Source: Felis catus
Lineage: Eukaryota
Direction of reading: 5' to 3'
NCBI RefSeq assembly: GCF_018350175.1
Contig: NC_058373.1
Span: 112,160,001 to 112,224,000, forward strand
DNA: 64,000 nt
Made by a program: the position numbers and the translations under genes. Below, piece after piece: positions 61,445-64,000 of the stretch. The notes beneath the pieces were generated by a model, which was not told the DNA's origin, searched no databases, and saw only the letters and a program-made list of their open reading frames with translations. Numbering within the stretch: the first letter of the stretch is position 1; each line of letters starts with the position of its first letter.

Positions 61445-61700
61445 ACAGCATTCAAGTGCAGACTTTGGATCCACTACCTGGGTTTGAATCAGAGTCCCAA
61501 CTACTTCTAGATGTGTGCCTTTACACCCATTCCTTAATTTCTCTGTGCCTCATTTTTCTCATCTGTAAAATGCAGGCAATCGTAGTAGTATTTACCTGAA
61601 CAGGTTATTGGACAGATAAACAGGTCTATGTAAAATACTTAAAGCAGTGCCTGGCACATGGTAACTACAAAAGAAATTTTAACCATTACTATTTTTATTG
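61445..61700 (+). mobile_element. MIR
   Basis: CCTGGGTTTGAATC...CTCTGTGCCTCA...CTCATCTGTAAAATG...CAGTGCCTGGCACATGGTAA. Confidence 0.88.
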
Positions 61701-63120
61701 TTTCAGAAAAGCACACTAAGGCTCAGAGATGTAATGTGAGCTGCCCAGCAATCTAGTACATAGTCAAGGCTGGAATCAGTCTGCTGGGGCAATACTCTCT
61801 TATTTGGTCCACAGTTAGCACACTTCAAGGAGCTCCTCTAAGATGGATGATAAAGGTAGAAACCACACCTCAGCAGCTCTATGGCTCTGACTTTAATTTG
61901 TCTCCTGGATTACCTGTTTGTCACTGTGAAAATCAGGAGAAGGGCCTAAGGGGATGAGATAATAACAAGTAATAGCAAGTTAGGATGTAAGGCTGTGAGA
62001 TTAAAGGCAAGGAAAGCACTCCGTGACCATTACAGTAGTCCAGCTGATAAATAATTAAATGGGAAGGGAAGAAAGAATGGGAAAATGAAGTTTATTTAAA
62101 AATCATAATAAACTAAGTTTATTACCAACAAAAGTACAAATGAAAAAATGAGTGTCTTCCTGGAGAAAACCATGATGGTAGATTCCAGGCAAGTGAGGCT
62201 GGTTTGGTAAAAGCATGTGATCACTTCAGCCAGTTAACAGTTGGAGAGGTACCCAGGTGGAATCATATCCGGTTTCAGTAACTGTTTGAATTATTTGAGG
62301 AATGCAAGGGGGAAACTATAGGAGTTTTCCCTCACTCTGCATCCAAACAACTGAGGGCTGACAAGCCAAGAAAACACCCGGATCTTCACAGCATAGGAAA
62401 GCCTTCCATGACACCAAAAAGCAGGGTATCTTGGGGAAAGGGACAAATGAACTTTCCTCAGGAAAAGAAAACTAATATTTTTTTTTAAATCTCTGAGCTC
62501 CAGACATGTCAATTCATCTAATCAAATTATAGGGCCCTGTGTCAGATCTCAAATGGTAAAGGGATGAAGCGAGCTTATTCCCACCTTACAGGGAGAGGAA
62601 GTATTGATAGCAACTGGAAGATAATTGGATGTAGAGTTAAAGGGAAAATGTTGCCTTGAGGATGAAGCCCAGATGGAGGGCACTTTCCTGAGTTTGGAAT
62701 TAACAAAAGCACTTCCATGTTCACTCCTCATTTTTCCACAGTACCTTAAAAGACTGGTAATTACAATAGCAAGTATTTGTTTTTCATACCCACTCTCTTA
62801 TTTAATCTTTGAAATGTCCCTACTAGGTAAAATTATTCTTGTCTTTATTTTACATATAAAAGAATCAGGATTCAAACATCACAGAACTCTGGTTTTCTGA
62901 TAACACATTACAAGAGTTTCAAGTCTGTCAGGGTGATGACCTTGTGGAAAAGGAGAACCAAACATGACAATAACTGAGGAAGCCAAAATTCAGACCCTTT
63001 GGCTTCAAAATGCCATATCCAACTAGCATGACCAGGAGAACATTGTAACTTCACTCTGTTCATAGTTTGTCTAGGTTTGGAGCCCTCAGAATGTGGGCCT
63101 TTGGAAAATCCTGGAGCAAA

Positions 63121-64000
63121 TTCATCCATCCATCCATCCATCCATCCATCCATCCAACCATCCACTCATTTACACATTCAAAGATTTTTTTGAGTGTCTC
63201 CTATGGCCAATCTGGTCCTATGTTCAAAATGCTGGAGATACAGTCAAGGACAACACAGACAAGGTCCTAGTGCTTTGGTGCCTAAATGGGGAGACAGATA
63301 ATGAACAAGTAAAGAAGATATCTTCAGACAGTGCTATAAAAAAGTAAATCTGAGGTAACTGGTACAGGGGTTCTAAGTGGGTATTCAGCATCATGAGTTG
63401 GGTGGGTTGGGGAATACCTCCTCATCTACACAGCTTCTGAAAGTCTTGTGCAGGAAAGTTGTCAGCTTTGCTGAGATTGGGGCAAAGCACCTTCCAGGCA
63501 AAGAGAAGAGCAGATACAAGACCTGAGGCCATCTTAAGTCAAAGCTAAAGGAGCATAGTAGGAGATGAGGCTGGAGAGGTAGGCAGGGAAAGTCTATGTA
63601 GGCATGCTCAGAAGTTTAGATTTTATTCCAATTTCAAAGGAAAACCAGTATAGGGTTTCAGGCAAAAGAGTGATGGTATTTAATTTATGTTTTTAAAAGA
63701 TTCTTGTAGCTGCCGTGTGTAGAATAGATCAAAAGGCAGCATGAGTGACAGCTGGGAGATCAGTTAGGAGAATATTCTATAGCCTACAACGAGAGATGAC
63801 GTGGCATGGATTAGGGTAAAGGCAGTGGAAATGGAGAGAAGTGGGCAGATATGGTATGTCCCATATTTTGAGCAGAAAGCTAATGGACTAGATGCAGAGA
63901 GTGGACTAAAAAAGGGACTCAGGCAAGGATAATTCATAGAGCTAAGTTCTTGCTGTGTCTTCTGGTGAAAGAGGACATCTTTAAGCCTAGGCCATGAATA
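63121..64000 (-). mobile_element. L2 3' region with a (CCAT)n tail, running off the window end
   Basis: (CCAT)n at 63123-63160, then ACAGACAAGGTCC, CCAGGCAAAGAGAAGAGCA, GGAGATGAGGCTGGAGAGGTAGGCAGGG and GGGAGATCAGTTAGGA. Confidence 0.88.

Noticed and set aside
1..64000. Prokaryotic-style system (operon, CRISPR array, defence island, prophage)
   Set aside because: The sequence is mammalian: longest ORF 167 aa, dense SINE/LINE content, no regularly spaced repeat-spacer array.

Overview
This is mammalian DNA, almost certainly felid (cat family): AT-rich, CpG-depleted, and intergenic or deep-intronic. The lineage call rests on 16 tRNA-derived carnivore CAN-SINEs of SINEC_Fc type and a carnivore-type L1 3' end. 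The rest is mostly older repeats: MIR, L2, L1M, MaLR/ERVL/ERV1 solo LTRs, MER5A/MER20/MER53/MER104 DNA elements and microsatellites. I recognise no protein-coding exon, RNA gene, CpG island, CRISPR array or operon-like system. The ORF track is repeat-derived or chance, and the only real protein signal is a dead L1 ORF2 C-terminus. I cannot support a novel biological system here. The features not explained by recognisable repeats are: (1) a ~110-bp, ~93%-identical inverted repeat with a 314-bp spacer (25033-25566); (2) a diverged direct duplication at ~4.2 kb and ~6.6 kb; (3) convergently oriented CTCF-type motifs; and (4) a few repeat-free, motif-dense candidate enhancers. Repeat family names come from my recall of consensus sequences, not from a database search. 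Boundaries of old elements are approximate unless a target-site duplication (TSD) is quoted.
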